DNA of 64,000 bases from Eledone cirrhosa (lineage: Eukaryota): contig OZ024742.1 of NCBI GenBank assembly GCA_964016885.1, positions 143,468,001-143,532,000 of the forward strand, written 5' to 3'. The notes beneath the pieces are model-generated. The model worked only from the letters and a program-made list of their open reading frames with translations. It was not told the DNA's origin and made no database searches. Every line of letters starts with the position of its first letter. The first letter of the stretch is position 1. The translations under genes and the position numbers were made by a program. Below, in pieces: positions 38,766 to 52,175 of the stretch.

Positions 38766-39029
38766 ATGCATCGTAGTGTCCCCACTAAAAGAGGAAGGCA
38801 TCAAAATATATAAATAGACTGATTTGATGACCCGGTCAAAAAATCAAAAAACCAAAAATCAAAATCAAAGCAACACAGCCACAACAAAAAACGTAAAGAA
38901 AAGAAAAATGAAAAGAAAAACAAACAGACAGACAGAGAAGGGAAGGGAAAAACTAAGTCAGACATTCAAACATTACATTACAATGAAACTTATGCTTATT
39001 CTTTTTTTTTTGCCTGTTTGTTTGTTTAT

Positions 39030-42000
39030 TTATGTTTGTCTACAGCGCGATAGTGCCACACAAAAATCACCGGGAGTGATGAAATCACCGGTGGTTATGT
39101 AACCTTATATTCACCAATCCTCGATAAGAGTGTTTAAATGTCGAAACTAAAGAGTTCGAATAACGGTGGAGTGGAGACTAGAATGTCATGTGACAGACTC
39201 TCACCCAGCAGGTGCTCCCTGACTCAGCAGCAGGGACCTGGCTGTCAACCAAATACTGCTGGTGTCAGAGGAAGAAGAAGAAGGAAAGGGACTAGAACCA
39301 ACTGGACGAAAGAATTGAATAGAACTGTTATGCAATGTTACCTGAAGAGTAACCCCAAGGAGAAAGGCTATAGGAAACGGATGCATAACATCTGGAACGA
39401 GATTGGTCTATTTAAATTAGATGAACAAAAATTGACCGGGCAGGCTCGGGTAATAAGAACTAATGGGTGGATAAGCAAGCTGGAACTGGAGGAACTGAGC
39501 AGAGAGATTAGCTTGGAGATGGAGAGTGGAGTATGCCAGGCAAACGAGCCAGTGGGAAATGAAGGTGAAGAGGTTGAGAGAACGGAGGAACCATCCGAAG
39601 CAGACAATGATCTGAATGCTGAAATAAATAATACCTGGAACAAAGATACGGCTATTGAGGAGATGAATACTGACGGGCTAGGACAAGATTTGGTTGATAT
39701 CCTAAACTTAGTGGTAGATGAATTGAACAATGATAGTGGGAAACCTATGAACCTAAGATTTGTAGACAGGAAAAAGTTAAAAGAAACAACAGCTAAGGTA
39801 AACAAAGTCATCCCATACCTTGAGGCGAGGAGCCTTCACCAGTGCAACAATATCCTCAAAGCAACAGCAAATGCGGTGAGGAAATTACTTGGTATAAAAG
39901 CGAGAGGAAACAACAAACAAGAAAGATCAGAGCCTTGGTGGAAGAAACGACTGAATGGTCAAATCAGGGAAATGAGAAATGACATTAGAAAGCTTGAGTC
40001 CTTACTGAATGGGACACTAAAAAACATAGACACTAAAAATAGACTGGAAATAAAGTACAAAACTAGGAGGAAAAAGCTAAATATTATCATAGAGGAACTG
40101 AAGCAACGCATTGTAGCAAAGGGTGCAAAAATTAGGCGATACGAGAGCAGAGTCAGTCAGTATAGACAGAACCGCATGTTTGACAACAACCAGAAGATGC
40201 TGTTTGGACAACTTGAAGGGAAACAAAGAGGCAACGACTTGATCCCTGAGGCGGAACAAACTAAAACATTCTGGAGAGGAATATGGGAGCAGGATGTTAA
40301 ACATAATTACCAGGCAGTGTGGATTGAGACAGTACAGAAGGAGATTAGTGAACAGGCACACCAACAAACTGATTTGAGTATCACAGTTGAAACTCTTAAG
40401 GGGTAGGCCAAAAAACTAACCAACTGGAAATAACCAGGCCCAGATGGTGTGCAGGGGTATTGGATTAAAAATATAACATCCCTCCACCAGAAACTGACAA
40501 CCATGTTCAATGACTGCTTGATGTCAGGTGAGGTACCAGAGTGGTTGACAAAAGGTACCACAGGTCTGGTAATGAAAGACCGAATCAAGGGTAATGATGT
40601 TACCAACTATAGACCTATCACATGTCTGTCCGTAATGTGGAAACTGTTGACAAGCATTATGTCTGAGGAAATTTACCATCACCTCCACACAAACAACTTG
40701 TTACCGGACGAACAGAAAGGATGCCGAAAGAAGTCCCGTGGTACAAAGGACCAGTTACTTATTGATAAGATGGTAATGAGGAATTGCAAGAGGAGACACA
40801 CTGGTCTTGCCATGGGATGGATAGACTACAAAAAGGCATTTGACATGGTGCCTCATTCTTGGATCACCAAAAGCCTAGAGATCTTCAAGGTGGCAGATAA
40901 CATCAGACAGTTGTTGGGCAAAAGTATGAAGTCCTGGAAAACAGAGTTACCATCAGCTGGAGAATCCTTGGGTGGCGTGAAGATCAAGAGAGGTATCTTC
41001 CAGGGAGATAGTCTGTCCCCTCTGTTGTTTGTCCTTGCCCTGATGCCCCTGACCATTATACTGCGAAAAGTGAGAGCAGGATACAAGTTGGGAAAGGAGA
41101 GCTTACCATCAATCACCTCCTCTTCATGGACGATCTTAAGCTCTTCGGGAAGAGTGAGATGGAGTTGGATGTGCTTGTTGACATTGTCCGTATTTTCAGC
41201 AGTTATATATGTATGCAATTTGGTATTAGTAAGTGTGGAGTCCTTGTGATGAAGAGGGGTAAATTGAACAGAAGCAACGGAATCTAGGTACCAACAGATG
41301 AGATGATAAAGGAAATTGACACTGAAGAAGGATACAAGTATTTGGGTGTTCTGGAGGCTGATGACATCAAGAACAAAAAAATGAAGGAATTGAAAAGAAC
41401 TGAATACATTCGGAGAGTAAGGAGCGTATTAAAGTCACATCTGAACAGTAGGAATGCCCGAGCTGTGTCTATTATTAGGTACAGTGCGGGAATTCTGAGA
41501 TGGAATGTTGCTGAACAAAAAGAAATGGATAGGAAGACTAGGAAGCTATTGACTATCTACAACATGTTCCACAAGAGGAGTGATGTCGATAGACTCTACT
41601 TAAGGAGATCTGAAGGTGGAAGAGGTCTTATCAGCATAGAGGACTGTGTTCAGATGCAGAAAAACAACCTACACAAATACGTGACTGATAGTAAGGAGCC
41701 AATGCTCAGAACTGTACTGAAGGAGAGGACAATAGACCAGGGGATATCCAAGGAGGAAATAACAAGGAGAAAGAGCAACCTTCAGGAAAAATCCCTTCAT
41801 AGTACCTTCTTTGAGAAAACTGAATTCAGAGATCCACAGACATGGAACTGGTTGAAAAGAGGAGACCTAAAAAAAGCTACAGAAGGAATGTTAATGGCTG
41901 TGCAAGAGCAGGCCCTCAAAACGAAGTGGTTGAAACACCATATTTACAAGGAGGAGGCTAGCCCACTGTGCAGGATCTATGGAGAGAGAGAGGAGACTGT

Positions 42001-42605
42001 GGCTCACATTGTATCCGAGTGTAAAGTATCTATAAGGGCTGGAGACATAACGTGATGGGCAGAGTGATCCACTGGCACCTATGCAAAGTAAACAATTTAC
42101 CACATTCTGAGAAGTAGTATGAACATAAGCCAGAGTCTGTGATAGAAAACGATTAGGTGAAGGTGCTGTGGGATTTTAGGATACAGACGGACAAGAAACT
42201 AGAACACAATAGACCTGACCTGGTGGTTTTGGACAAGGAAAAAAGATCGTGCCTGATTGTGGATGTGGCCTGCCCATTCGACACGAGAGTGCAAGAGAAG
42301 GAGAGGGAGAAAATTAACCGATACCAGGACTTAAAGTGGGAGGTAAAAAGGATTTGGAACTGCCATGAAGTCAAAGTGGTCCCGATTGTCATAGGCGCAC
42401 TAGGTACTATCTCAAAAAGTTTCCAGGGATGGTTAAAGAAAATTGGCCCCGCCACGCTTTTTGAAACGCTTCAAAAGGCATGCTTGCTGGGAACAGCAAG
42501 AACCCTCCGATACGTCCTGAATATCTGAGGCTGCAGGTAGTGGCTTGATATTCATTTCAACAAACTTTCCAGTTAACTAACATCAATGACTGAGACTCAA
42601 AGAAC
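39030..42605 (+). mobile_element. Near full-length R4/Dong-like non-LTR retrotransposon with an (AAT)n tail; several stops and frameshifts
   Basis: NYRPITCL, WIDYKKAFDMVPH, GIFQGDSLSPLLF, GGRGL, ETVAHIVSEC, RPDLVV..DVACP, PIVIGALG, LLGTARTLR; the 5' boundary is approximate. Confidence 0.9.
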
Positions 42606-42638
<33 letters not shown>

Positions 42639-42740
42639 TGTTTCTACTTTAGGTACAAGGCCACCAATTACCCAGTACATTACTGGTACTTTATTTTTAT
42701 AGACCCCGTAAGGATGAAAGGCAAAGTTAACCTCGGCGGA
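42639..42740 (-). mobile_element. 5'-truncated SINE inside the (AAT)n tail of the Dong-like element
   Basis: SINE tail sequence flanked by (AAT)n. Confidence 0.85.
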
Positions 42741-42868
42741 ATAATAATAATAATAATAATAATAATGATAATAATAATAATAATAATAATAATTATTATT
42801 ATTATTCAATCCAACGGACTTTCCAGTTAACCAACATCAATGACTGAGATTCAAGGAATAACAACAAC

Positions 42869-42919
<51 letters not shown>

Positions 42920-42921
<2 letters not shown>

Positions 42922-45880
42922 TTTCTTTATTGGCCACAAGGGCTGACATCAAGAAAAACATTACAGACAGCTCAGGACGGTATAGGACGGTACGATGTCG
43001 GTTTTGTGCGTGTAAATATTTTTATTATTTATATAAGAAATGAAAAAAAAGACATAGAAACATATATATATATATATAAACAATAAAAATGAAAATTGAA
43101 ACAATGAAAAATTCCCCAATAGGGGGAAACCTCCGAGGGTTACTCGTGGCGAAAACCACACAAAAGATCACGGCCACACTAACCACCAGGGTAAGCGCCC
43201 TCTCTCAATTTTTCCATTTCTCAAACTACAGACGTATAATCAGCGCGGTCCCGTTCACTCGGACCATTCGCGCTACATTCACCCACCTTTCAACAAACTT
43301 GCTAGAGGGCAGCACTTGCCTCTCCACCCTGATTTTCCTCTTCAAGTGAAACTTGAAAATGTTAATTAGGGATTCGCTGAAGAGGAAAGTGACTGTCTTT
43401 AACCCTTTTAACCTTGTCCACCACACAATCTCTTTCGCCATGGCCACCAGGCAGATTAAAACCGCCTGCCCTTCCTCCTCGAAGGAAGATGGCGAGATCA
43501 TCTGCACAATGGACTCAGTCGATAACCGGATCAGTCCTACACGCGACAGCAACTGTTCGACAACGCTCGGGCACTGAACGAGTGCGTGCACGACGGTTTC
43601 GTCGCTCAGCGCGCATTTCGGACAGGCTCGGCTGACGGCACTTCCGTGCCTGTAGAGCTTATCTCGAACTGGCAGCGCTCCCGGTAGCACTGCCAGGCCA
43701 GGGATTTTTGAAAGTTATCCATAGGCCCTGGGCTGAAAGTTCTCCGGAAGAGAGCAAACAGCTGATCTTCTTCGACGCCCAGGATCTCTCCGAGAATGTC
43801 GTCGCTCTTCCCCTCCACTAGTCCTCTATAGAACGCCGAGGTGGATGTTCCACCGATACTGGTGCCCAGCTGGCAGAGCGCAGTGAGCGCATGGAGACAT
43901 TCCAGTTTCCAAACGCTATCCCTCGGTCTTTTTCTGACTCAGGACTGCAACTCCGTCAAGGAGACGAGCTGTGGGAAAACGTGCCTGGCGAACGGCGGCC
44001 ACACCTGTTCACCGTCAAGGAAGCACCAGAGATGTCGCAGCCTCAGCGCATGTTTGCGCATCATCAGCCATGGCATGCCCAGTCCTCCACGCAACGGGTG
44101 TTGACAGCAGATGGATCGTCTGACCATGGGAGCGTCACTTCCACAAAAAGCGGAAGAGGAGGCGCTCCATTTTGGTGAGAGTTGGGCTGGAGCAAGAGAC
44201 GACGGTGAGGCGGTAGCAGATGACGGATGCGATGTACGCATTCGCCACTTCCGCCCGGCCTTTCAGGGATAGCTTCCTCTCGGCCCATTTCTGGGTGAGG
44301 GAGGCCACTCTGCTCGTCACCTCGTACCAGTTTTTCTCCATCTGGAGGTCCGGTCCGAACCAGACCCCGAGCAATTTAACCGGTCCGTCCGTCCAACGCC
44401 CCCACGACGCTGTCGGACGGCATGGTCTTGCCTCTCCAGGTGCCGAGCTGCAAGCCCACCGACTTTTCCTGGTTTATCTTTGCTCCTGTCACCGCTTCGT
44501 ATTCTTTGAGAGCGGTGCCGAACATCTGGACGTGTCTGGTGCTCGACACCACCACGGTGACGTCGTCGGCGTAAGCCGACTCGGATTTCCCGCATCCTAG
44601 TTCGCGTGGGACGCCCCTCATCGCCCCCAGTTTGTGCAGTAACGGGACGAGAGGGAACAACCCTGGCGGACTGAGCGCATGATGGTGAAGGGCTGTGACA
44701 GGTGACCGTTCACCCTCACAACTGAGCAGATGTCGCTGTACATTGCTGCGATCCAACCCCTGAAAACGGGCCCGAAACCAGCTTCCTCGAGGACCGCCGC
44801 CAGGTACCGATGGTCGACCCTATCGAATGCTTTGGATTGATCCAAGTTGATCAGGGCCCCACCCGTGCCAGGTTCCTTAACCACCCTCTCTATGATGTAT
44901 CGCATGAGGTGGAGGTTGTCGTGTATGGATCTGTCCGGAATGGCGCATATCTGCGCCTCTCCCACCAGACCCTTGACGACAAGCGCCAACCTCGTTGCTA
45001 ACACCTTGGCCAAAATCTTGAACTCTGCGTTTAGCTAATACGCTAATCCGGTGTCTGTAGGCTTTGCGCGCCAGGTATGACGCGTTCAGCTTCCAGTAAC
45101 CAGGCCCTTGTCTATGAAGTCTGTCTATGTCGATCTCACAGATCACAAATTTGTGGTCTGTGTAGTCGACTATTTTAAATTGTCGACAACTTATACTAGC
45201 CTTATCTAGTTCTCTGCAGAATACCCTATCGAGATACGATACAATCTGGATGACCCGATGCAGTTTGTCCATGTCCACATTCCGGTGATCCAGTCGATAT
45301 CTGTCAGACAGTTCAAAACGTCTGAGCAGGTTGGTGAGGCTCTTGCACCCTCCTCCCCTATCCACTAGCCCCACACAATCCCAGCGTGCATCCAAGATAC
45401 CGTTCCAGTCGCCCACTAACACTAAAGAGTGGGACGTTCCAAGAAAGGTCTCTAGACGTCTGAAGAAAACTAGCCGTCCTGCCCCTGTTGGGGCATAGAC
45501 GGCTACTAGCCTGAAAGCATTGCCTTCGCTGCCGGTCACGTCCAGCCCCACCGACTTACCTTCTGGGTCTAGGAAAATGGCCCGTATGGCGAGATCCAAG
45601 CCTCTCCGAAAAAGGACGGCAACCCCTCCCCCCGATCCTGGACGGCTGGGAGATGCGTATACATGGTAGCCGCCGAAGATCGGTGCGAAGGCTTGTGCTT
45701 CGGAGATTCTGATCTCACTGATATCCACCACATCTATGTTTAGTGACCTGAGGTCGTTGAGCAGGTGACCTTGCTTTCAAGATGACCCCAGGCCACGTGC
45801 ATTTATACTGCCTATTCTGAGTACGGCCATGTTGGATAAGAAACGGGGCAAGTGAGAAAGTGTCACTTACCTTGATCGTG
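42920..45880 (-). mobile_element. Tx1-like LINE, copy 3 (diverged subfamily; ORF2 only, internal deletion at ~45035)
   Basis: Same APE/RT/zf motifs with frameshifts; RISVLAK is joined directly to the EFKILAK region. Confidence 0.9.
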
Positions 45881-48687
45881 TGGTGAAAAACGAGGTAAAT
45901 TGTAACACTTCGAATCCCAGGATTGGGGCGGAATCACTGACAACAGAACAAATTAAAGAAAGGATCGAAAAGGTGGAGGGAGTGCATGCTCATAATGAAA
46001 CTCGAAATGAAAACAATGAGATCGTAAATGATAAAGAAATGAATGAGAATGAACTTGCCAACTTGAAGGATGAAATTATGATCGAATGGATGAAAATGAA
46101 GAAATCTGACACAGGGGAACGAGACACCCTCCCTAAGATCCAGAACTCCAAACAGAACCAAAAGATAATACACAAGACTAACATAATTCTCAAAAACATT
46201 ATCATCACAAACAAACTAAACATTACTGATTTAAATCATCTCTATTATGCATCGGCTAAAGTCAGCACTCACTTATGTGGAGTGAAAATGAAAAAAAAAA
46301 GGAATTCCCACAAGAAATCTACTTGGCAAGATAACATCAATCGCCAAATAAACCTTCTCCGATCTGACATAGAAATTTTAACAAACTACAAAGTAGGTGA
46401 ACATGTTAAACAAACTAAACTTAGAAAATTGAAAAGAAAATACAGTATAAAATCAACAAGTGACATAGACATGCTGATAAAAATAATCAAGCAAACAGTG
46501 TCGGCCAAAGCTGCTCGTATAAGGCGCTTTGAAAAACGATCTAGATTCTATAAGGACAATAATATGTTCAAAAACAACCAAAGAAACTTCTACAAAAAAA
46601 TTGGCAAGTCAACAATAACTGCTAAATCAATACCACCCAAGGAGGAAGTGCAAGAATTCTGGGAAAAGATCTGGGCCGAAGAAAAAGTTCATAATATACA
46701 TGCCCCATGGATAGACAGACAAATGAAAAATACAGCTCACCTTGAGGAACAAATATGGGAAAATATAACAGTTGAACAGTTGCGTTTGGCTCTTAGAAAA
46801 ACCAGCAAATGGAAATCCCCAGGAAAAGACAAAATACCAAATTTTTGGATAAATGCCTTCACAGTCTCATGAGCTGTTAGCCCAACTTTACAATGAAATA
46901 GTTAAGGAGCCAGAAAAGATACCATCACGGCTAGTTAACGGCATTACATTCCTGCTTCCGAAGAATGATGAGACAAACCATTAATCACTTGTTCTACATG
47001 GATGACCTGAAACTATTTGCAAAAAATGAAGAACAATTGCAAGGGCTATTATCCACTGTGGAGCAGTTCAGTGATGGAGTTTGGACTAGATAAATGCGCC
47101 AAAGCAACGTTCACCAGAGGAAACCTGCTGAAAAGTTCAGACATTAATCTTGATCAGGGGAATGTGATAAGAGAACTTGATCAAGAGGAAACTTACAAAT
47201 ATCTAGGTGTTTGTGAAGGAGACGGAATCAAGCACTCGACAATGAGAGAAAGGATAAGGAAGGAATGTTACCGCAGAGTAAGAGCAATCTTAAGAACGGA
47301 ATTGAATGCAAGGAATAGGATCGATACCATAAACACGCTTGCCATACCAGTAGTAACCTACAGTTACAATGTCATCAACTGGTCAAGCACACAGATCCGT
47401 AGGCTCGATACAAAAATGAGAAAATTCTTAACCATGCACAGAATGCATCACCCTAAGGCAGATACAGATAGAATATATCTCCCTAGGAAAGAAGGAGGAC
47501 GTGGGTGAATCCAGTTAGATATTGCGTTGAAAACTGCAACAATTGGATTATCTACATATCTAAGGGAATCACATGATTGGATGATCAAACTCGTTTTGAA
47601 ACACGAAAGCATCAAAAGATCATACTCTATTACAAAAGATGTACAAAGATACAGTAATGGACTACACATTTCAGAAGTGTCATTTACTGCTGAAATGGAA
47701 AACACAGAAAAAGCAAAGCAGGTAAAAGTAACTGCAAAGAAAGAACTGCTACAGAAACTGGCTAAGAAATGGCAAGAAAGGCCTCTGTATGGAAAATACC
47801 CAGAAAGAGCTAACAATCCTGATGTTGACAAAACTTTAACCCATCAGTGGTTGGCATCCTCTGGACTGAAATCGGAGACTGAAGGACTGATTATATCAGC
47901 ACAAGATCAGTGTCTGCCAACAAAAAATTACCAAGCCAACATAATAAAAAATGGATGCAACCCATTATGCCGTGTATGTAAAAAACAACCAGAGACCATT
48001 GATCATAATTTCAATGTGCAGTCCTATAGCTCCAACCGAATACCTAAACAGGCATGACAGAGCTGCACAATACATACATTGGATAATGTGTAAGCATTTT
48101 GACCTGCCCCATCAAAAGAATTGGTGGGAGCATCAACCACCTCCCATACTTGAAAAAGATCACATCTCAATCTTGTGGAACTTTAGCATCCAAACAGACC
48201 GAAAAATAGATCCAAATAGACCTGATATAATACTGAAGGACTTTAAAAAGAGGGTATGCCTGCTAATTGATATGTCCGTTCCAATAGACAAGAATGTATC
48301 TATAAAAACATTTGAAAAATTGAGCAAGTATAAGGACCTGGAGATAGAAATTGGAAAAATGTGGAAATTGAGAACTAAAACAATACCAGTGGTTGTAGGC
48401 GCTCTAGGAATGATACCTAAGGGGTCTAATGATTACTTATCGCAAATCCCAGGAAACCCGCGTATAGGAGAAATACAAAAGATAGTACTAATGGGAACTG
48501 CCCATATAGTAAGGAAGATTCTGTCAATATAAGTACATCACAAGTCTAAACACCTAAAGATGCATGTGTGTGTATGCGTGTTCTTTCTTGAACATGGCGG
48601 ACCTTGTTGTCTCTTGAGGTCACTGGTTGTGACTTGGTGATAACTCGTATGAACATAAAGCAAGATAAATGCAACTATAATAATAAT
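45881..48687 (+). mobile_element. Second R4/Dong-like element, 5'-truncated, RT core deleted at ~46980, short (AAT)n tail
   Basis: WKSPGKDKIPNFW, HLFYMDDLKL, CRVC, RHD, RPDIIL..IDMSVP..KYKDL, PVVVGALG. Confidence 0.9.
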
Positions 48688-49900
48688 CCTTTCTTTATTA
48701 ACCACAAGGGTTTACATAAAGTAGACATTAAGGACAGTACAGGACAATACAGAACGGTACAAATGGGCATTTCTGCGTGTAAAAAACAAAAACAGAGGAT
48801 GTAACAAAAAATAACAATGAAAAAATTCCCCAATACGGGGGAGACTTCCGAGGGACATTCGTGGAGAAAGCCCATTAAAAAGCCACAGTGAACCTGACCA
48901 CCAGGGCAAGTGCCCTCTCCCAGTTTTCCACCTTTAATTTACAGACACATACTCAGAGTAGGCCCATTCACTCGGGCCATTCTTGCCTCTCTCACCCATC
49001 AAGGGGTAAATCGCCTGGTTTGGATGGTCTGCCCTGTGAACTTTACGTACAGATGCCAGATTTGTTCGGAGGCCTCTTGGCGGATGTCTACTGCAACTGG
49101 CAACAGAACGGGAGAATTCCCAGCTCTGTGAGCCGAGGAGCGGTGGCGTGCTGAGAAAGGATCCGAACAAGGGGGATAACATAGATAATTTCAGGCCCAT
49201 AACTCTGCTAAACACAACGTTCAAGATTTTGGCCAGGGTGCTAGCAAAGAGGTTGGCGCTTGTCGTTGGTGGTCTGGTGAGAGAGGCGCAGACATGCGCC
49301 ATTCCAGACAGATCCATCCACGACAACCTCCACCTCATGCGATACATCATGTAGAGGGTAGCTATGGAATTTGGCGCGAGTGGGTCCTTGATCAATTTAT
49401 ATCATTCTAAAGCTTTCGATAGGGTCGACCATCGTTATCTGGTGGCAGTCCCGAGGGCGGCTGGCTTTAGGCCCGTCTTCAGAGGCTGGATCGCTGCCAT
49501 GCACAGCGACATCTGTGGTGAGAGTGAACGGTCACCTTTCGAAACCGTTCAACATCATGCGCTCGGTCCGCCAAGGATGTCCCTTCTCGTCCCTCTTGTA
49601 CGTATTGACTCTCAAGCCATTGCTGCACAAACTCGAGACGTTGAGGGGCGTCCCGCGCGAACTAGGATGATCCGTGTCAGCATATGCGGACGATATCACA
49701 GTAGTGGTGTCGAACGCCAAACACATCGAGCCAATCGGCACTACACTAAGAGAATACGAAGTGGTGACAGGAGCAATGATCAACCAGGAAAAGTCGGTGG
49801 GCCTGCAGCTCGGCACCTGGAGAGGCAGGTCCATGGGGTCCAGCAGCCAGTCATTGCCTCCCGTACTTCAGCGGCTGTTATCGGCTTTTCGTAACACTCC
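48688..49900. mobile_element. Tx1-like LINE, copy 4: 3' end on minus (48688-~49000), inverted RT segment on plus (~49001-49838), short minus piece (~49839-49900)
   Basis: Direct similarity to copies 1 and 2 in alternating orientation. Confidence 0.88.
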
Positions 49901-49977
49901 AGTCGTAGACTAATATTCTCTTAGGTGGTTCATCGAGACATTCTATGAACCACCTAAGACAATATTAGTCTACGACT
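49901..49977. repeat. Hairpin: 33-bp arms (1 mismatch), 11-nt loop
   Basis: agtcgtagactaatattctcttaggtggttcat / atgaaccacctaagacaatattagtctacgact. Confidence 0.92.
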
Positions 49978-50422
49978 TCATTTATACCATAAACGTGGTT
50001 CTGTCTTTGCGTGTAATTGTTTTTCACCGCTCCAAATAATGACGTATTATATTCATTTTTTCCAGTTCTTTGCCAGGGAACGTTTCCACGAACCAAAGTA
50101 TCGTCTCCCTGTCTTCCTCCGGTTGCAACGTTTTTTAAAATATTCACTTCTACGTTCACAGATTGACTTTGTCAGTTTCAGAAGATCCCGTTAAGGGTGA
50201 AAGCAGCGATTCTTTGCTTAAACTTTAATCTGTTATTTTAGTAAATATTTGCTCTACGGTTCTTATATATTTGATATATATTTATCCTTATCGAGCCCTC
50301 TTTGGATTTTAGTCTTCAAATTTATTATTATTACTATATATATATATATAAAGAAAAAGAGATGAAATCGAAAATGCAACTGGAGTCTTATTTTTTTTAA
50401 AAATATATATATTTATTTGGTT

Positions 50423-50460
50423 CCTTTACCGGTTTCGCAGTTCTTCTGCTTTTCAAAAGG
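50423..50460 (-). ncRNA. Minimal type I hammerhead, U3:A8 core
   Basis: CCTT-TTGAAAA-GCAG aagaa CTGC-GAAA-CCGG-TA-AAGG. Confidence 0.75.
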
Positions 50461-50846
50461 TGAGTTGAGATGGAGGGTCTGTGGTTTTTCTCACATCTGG
50501 TTGGTCTCTGAATGTTACTTGTTTTATATGGAAAAAGTGGCTCGAAATGCCAGGTTTTTCGAGAAGTAATTTGATTGGTTTGTCAATAATTATAATAGAT
50601 TTCGCGCCAGTTCGCGTTACAATAGTTCTTCAAATAACATGGGGGAGGGGGTCACAGGTTGTTTTTTCATATATGGGTGTTTGAATTTCTTTTTACTTGA
50701 AAAAAGGGGCTCACGAAGGCTTTTTTGGGTTGGATATAAATGAATTTAGCTGTCACGTGAACAAGTTTTCATTAAATTTTCGTGCCCTTATTTGGAAATC
50801 CATTCTGTAGCCTTTTTAGAGAATTTTATGATAAGTGAAAGATAAT

Positions 50847-51038
50847 TGTTTCTACTTTAGGCACAAGGCCAGCAATTACCCAGTGCATTACTGGTACTTT
50901 ATTTTATCGACCCCGTAAGGATGAAAGGCAAAGTCAACCTCGGCGGGATTTGAACTCAGATCGTAAAGGGACGAAACTATGCTGGAAAGCATGGCGTCCG
51001 ACCCTCTACCGATACTGCCAATCCACCGCCAATCCACC
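50847..51038 (-). mobile_element. Full-length SINE with a 19-bp TSD (atgataagtgaaagataat)
   Basis: TSD at 50828-50846 and 51039-51057; the empty site is visible in the other arm (~51482-51500). Confidence 0.95.
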
Positions 51039-51870
51039 ATGATAAGTGAAAGATAATGGTCAAGAGAAAGGGATGGGAGAATTGTTCTAGTTCAGTGAAT
51101 ATGGTTAGTTCGCTGGGGTGTCAGAATTCAGATTTTCTATTGAATAAAGACAGTAAAGATATGTATGTTTATTTGTGTGCTTGTGTGTGTGTGCGAGTGT
51201 GTGTGTGTATTGTGTGTGTGTGTGTTTGAATTTCTTTACTTAAAAAAAGGTGGCTCACGAAGGCTTTTTTTTAATAAACGTGAGCCTTCGTGAGCCACCT
51301 TTTTTTAAAGTAAAGAAATTCAAACACACACACAACACACACACACACACACACACAAGCACACAAATAAACATACATATCTTTACTGTCTTTATTCAAT
51401 AGAAAATCTGAATTCTGACACCCCAGCGAACTAACCATATTCACTGAACCAGAACAATTCTCTCATCCCTTTCTCTTGACCATTATCTTTCACTTATCAT
51501 AAAATTCTCTAAAAAGGCTACAGAATGGATTTCCAAATAAGGGCACGAAAATTTAATGAAAACTTGTTCACGTGACAGCATAATTTCATTTATAACCAAC
51601 CCCAAAAAAGCCTTCGTGAGCCCCTTTTTTCAAGTAAAAAGAAATTCAAACACCCATATATGAAAAAACAACCTGTGACCCCCCCCCCCACTGTTATTTG
51701 AAGAACTATTGCAACGCGAACTGGCGCGAAATCTATTATAATTATTGACAAACCAATCAAATTACTTCTCGAAAAACCTGGCATTTCGAGCCACTTTTTC
51801 CATATAAAATAAGTAACATTCAGAGACCAACCAGATGTGAGAAAAACCTCAGACCCTCCATCTCAACTCA

Positions 51871-51908
51871 CCTTTTGAAAAGCAGAAGAACTGCGAAACC
51901 GGTAAAGG
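51871..51908 (+). ncRNA. Minimal type I hammerhead, U3:A8 core (mirror copy)
   Basis: cctt TTGAAAA gcag aagaa ctgc GAAA ccgg TA aagg. Confidence 0.75.
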
Positions 51909-52175
51909 AACCAAATAAATATATATATTTTAAAAAAAATTAAGACTCCAGTTGCAATTTCGATTTCATCTCTTTTTCTTTATACTTTCACTCGTGTAGG
52001 ACACCGGTTATTTTTCAATTTGTAAAAAAAAACCTCACTTTCTAATATATATATATATATGTATGTATGTATGTATGTATGCTTGCGGTAAGGAGAGAGA
52101 TCACTGCATGGCAGCTATTACTGATAGAATTAGTAGCTAAATCTCCCCCAGAACACATCTTCTATTTTATGTGTG

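Larger units (their letters stand above)
50347..51984. mobile_element. Fold-back element, ~700-bp arms with a 17-bp spacer and an HHR near each outer end
   Basis: 50347-51265 (minus the SINE insertion) is the reverse complement of 51283-51984. Confidence 0.85.
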
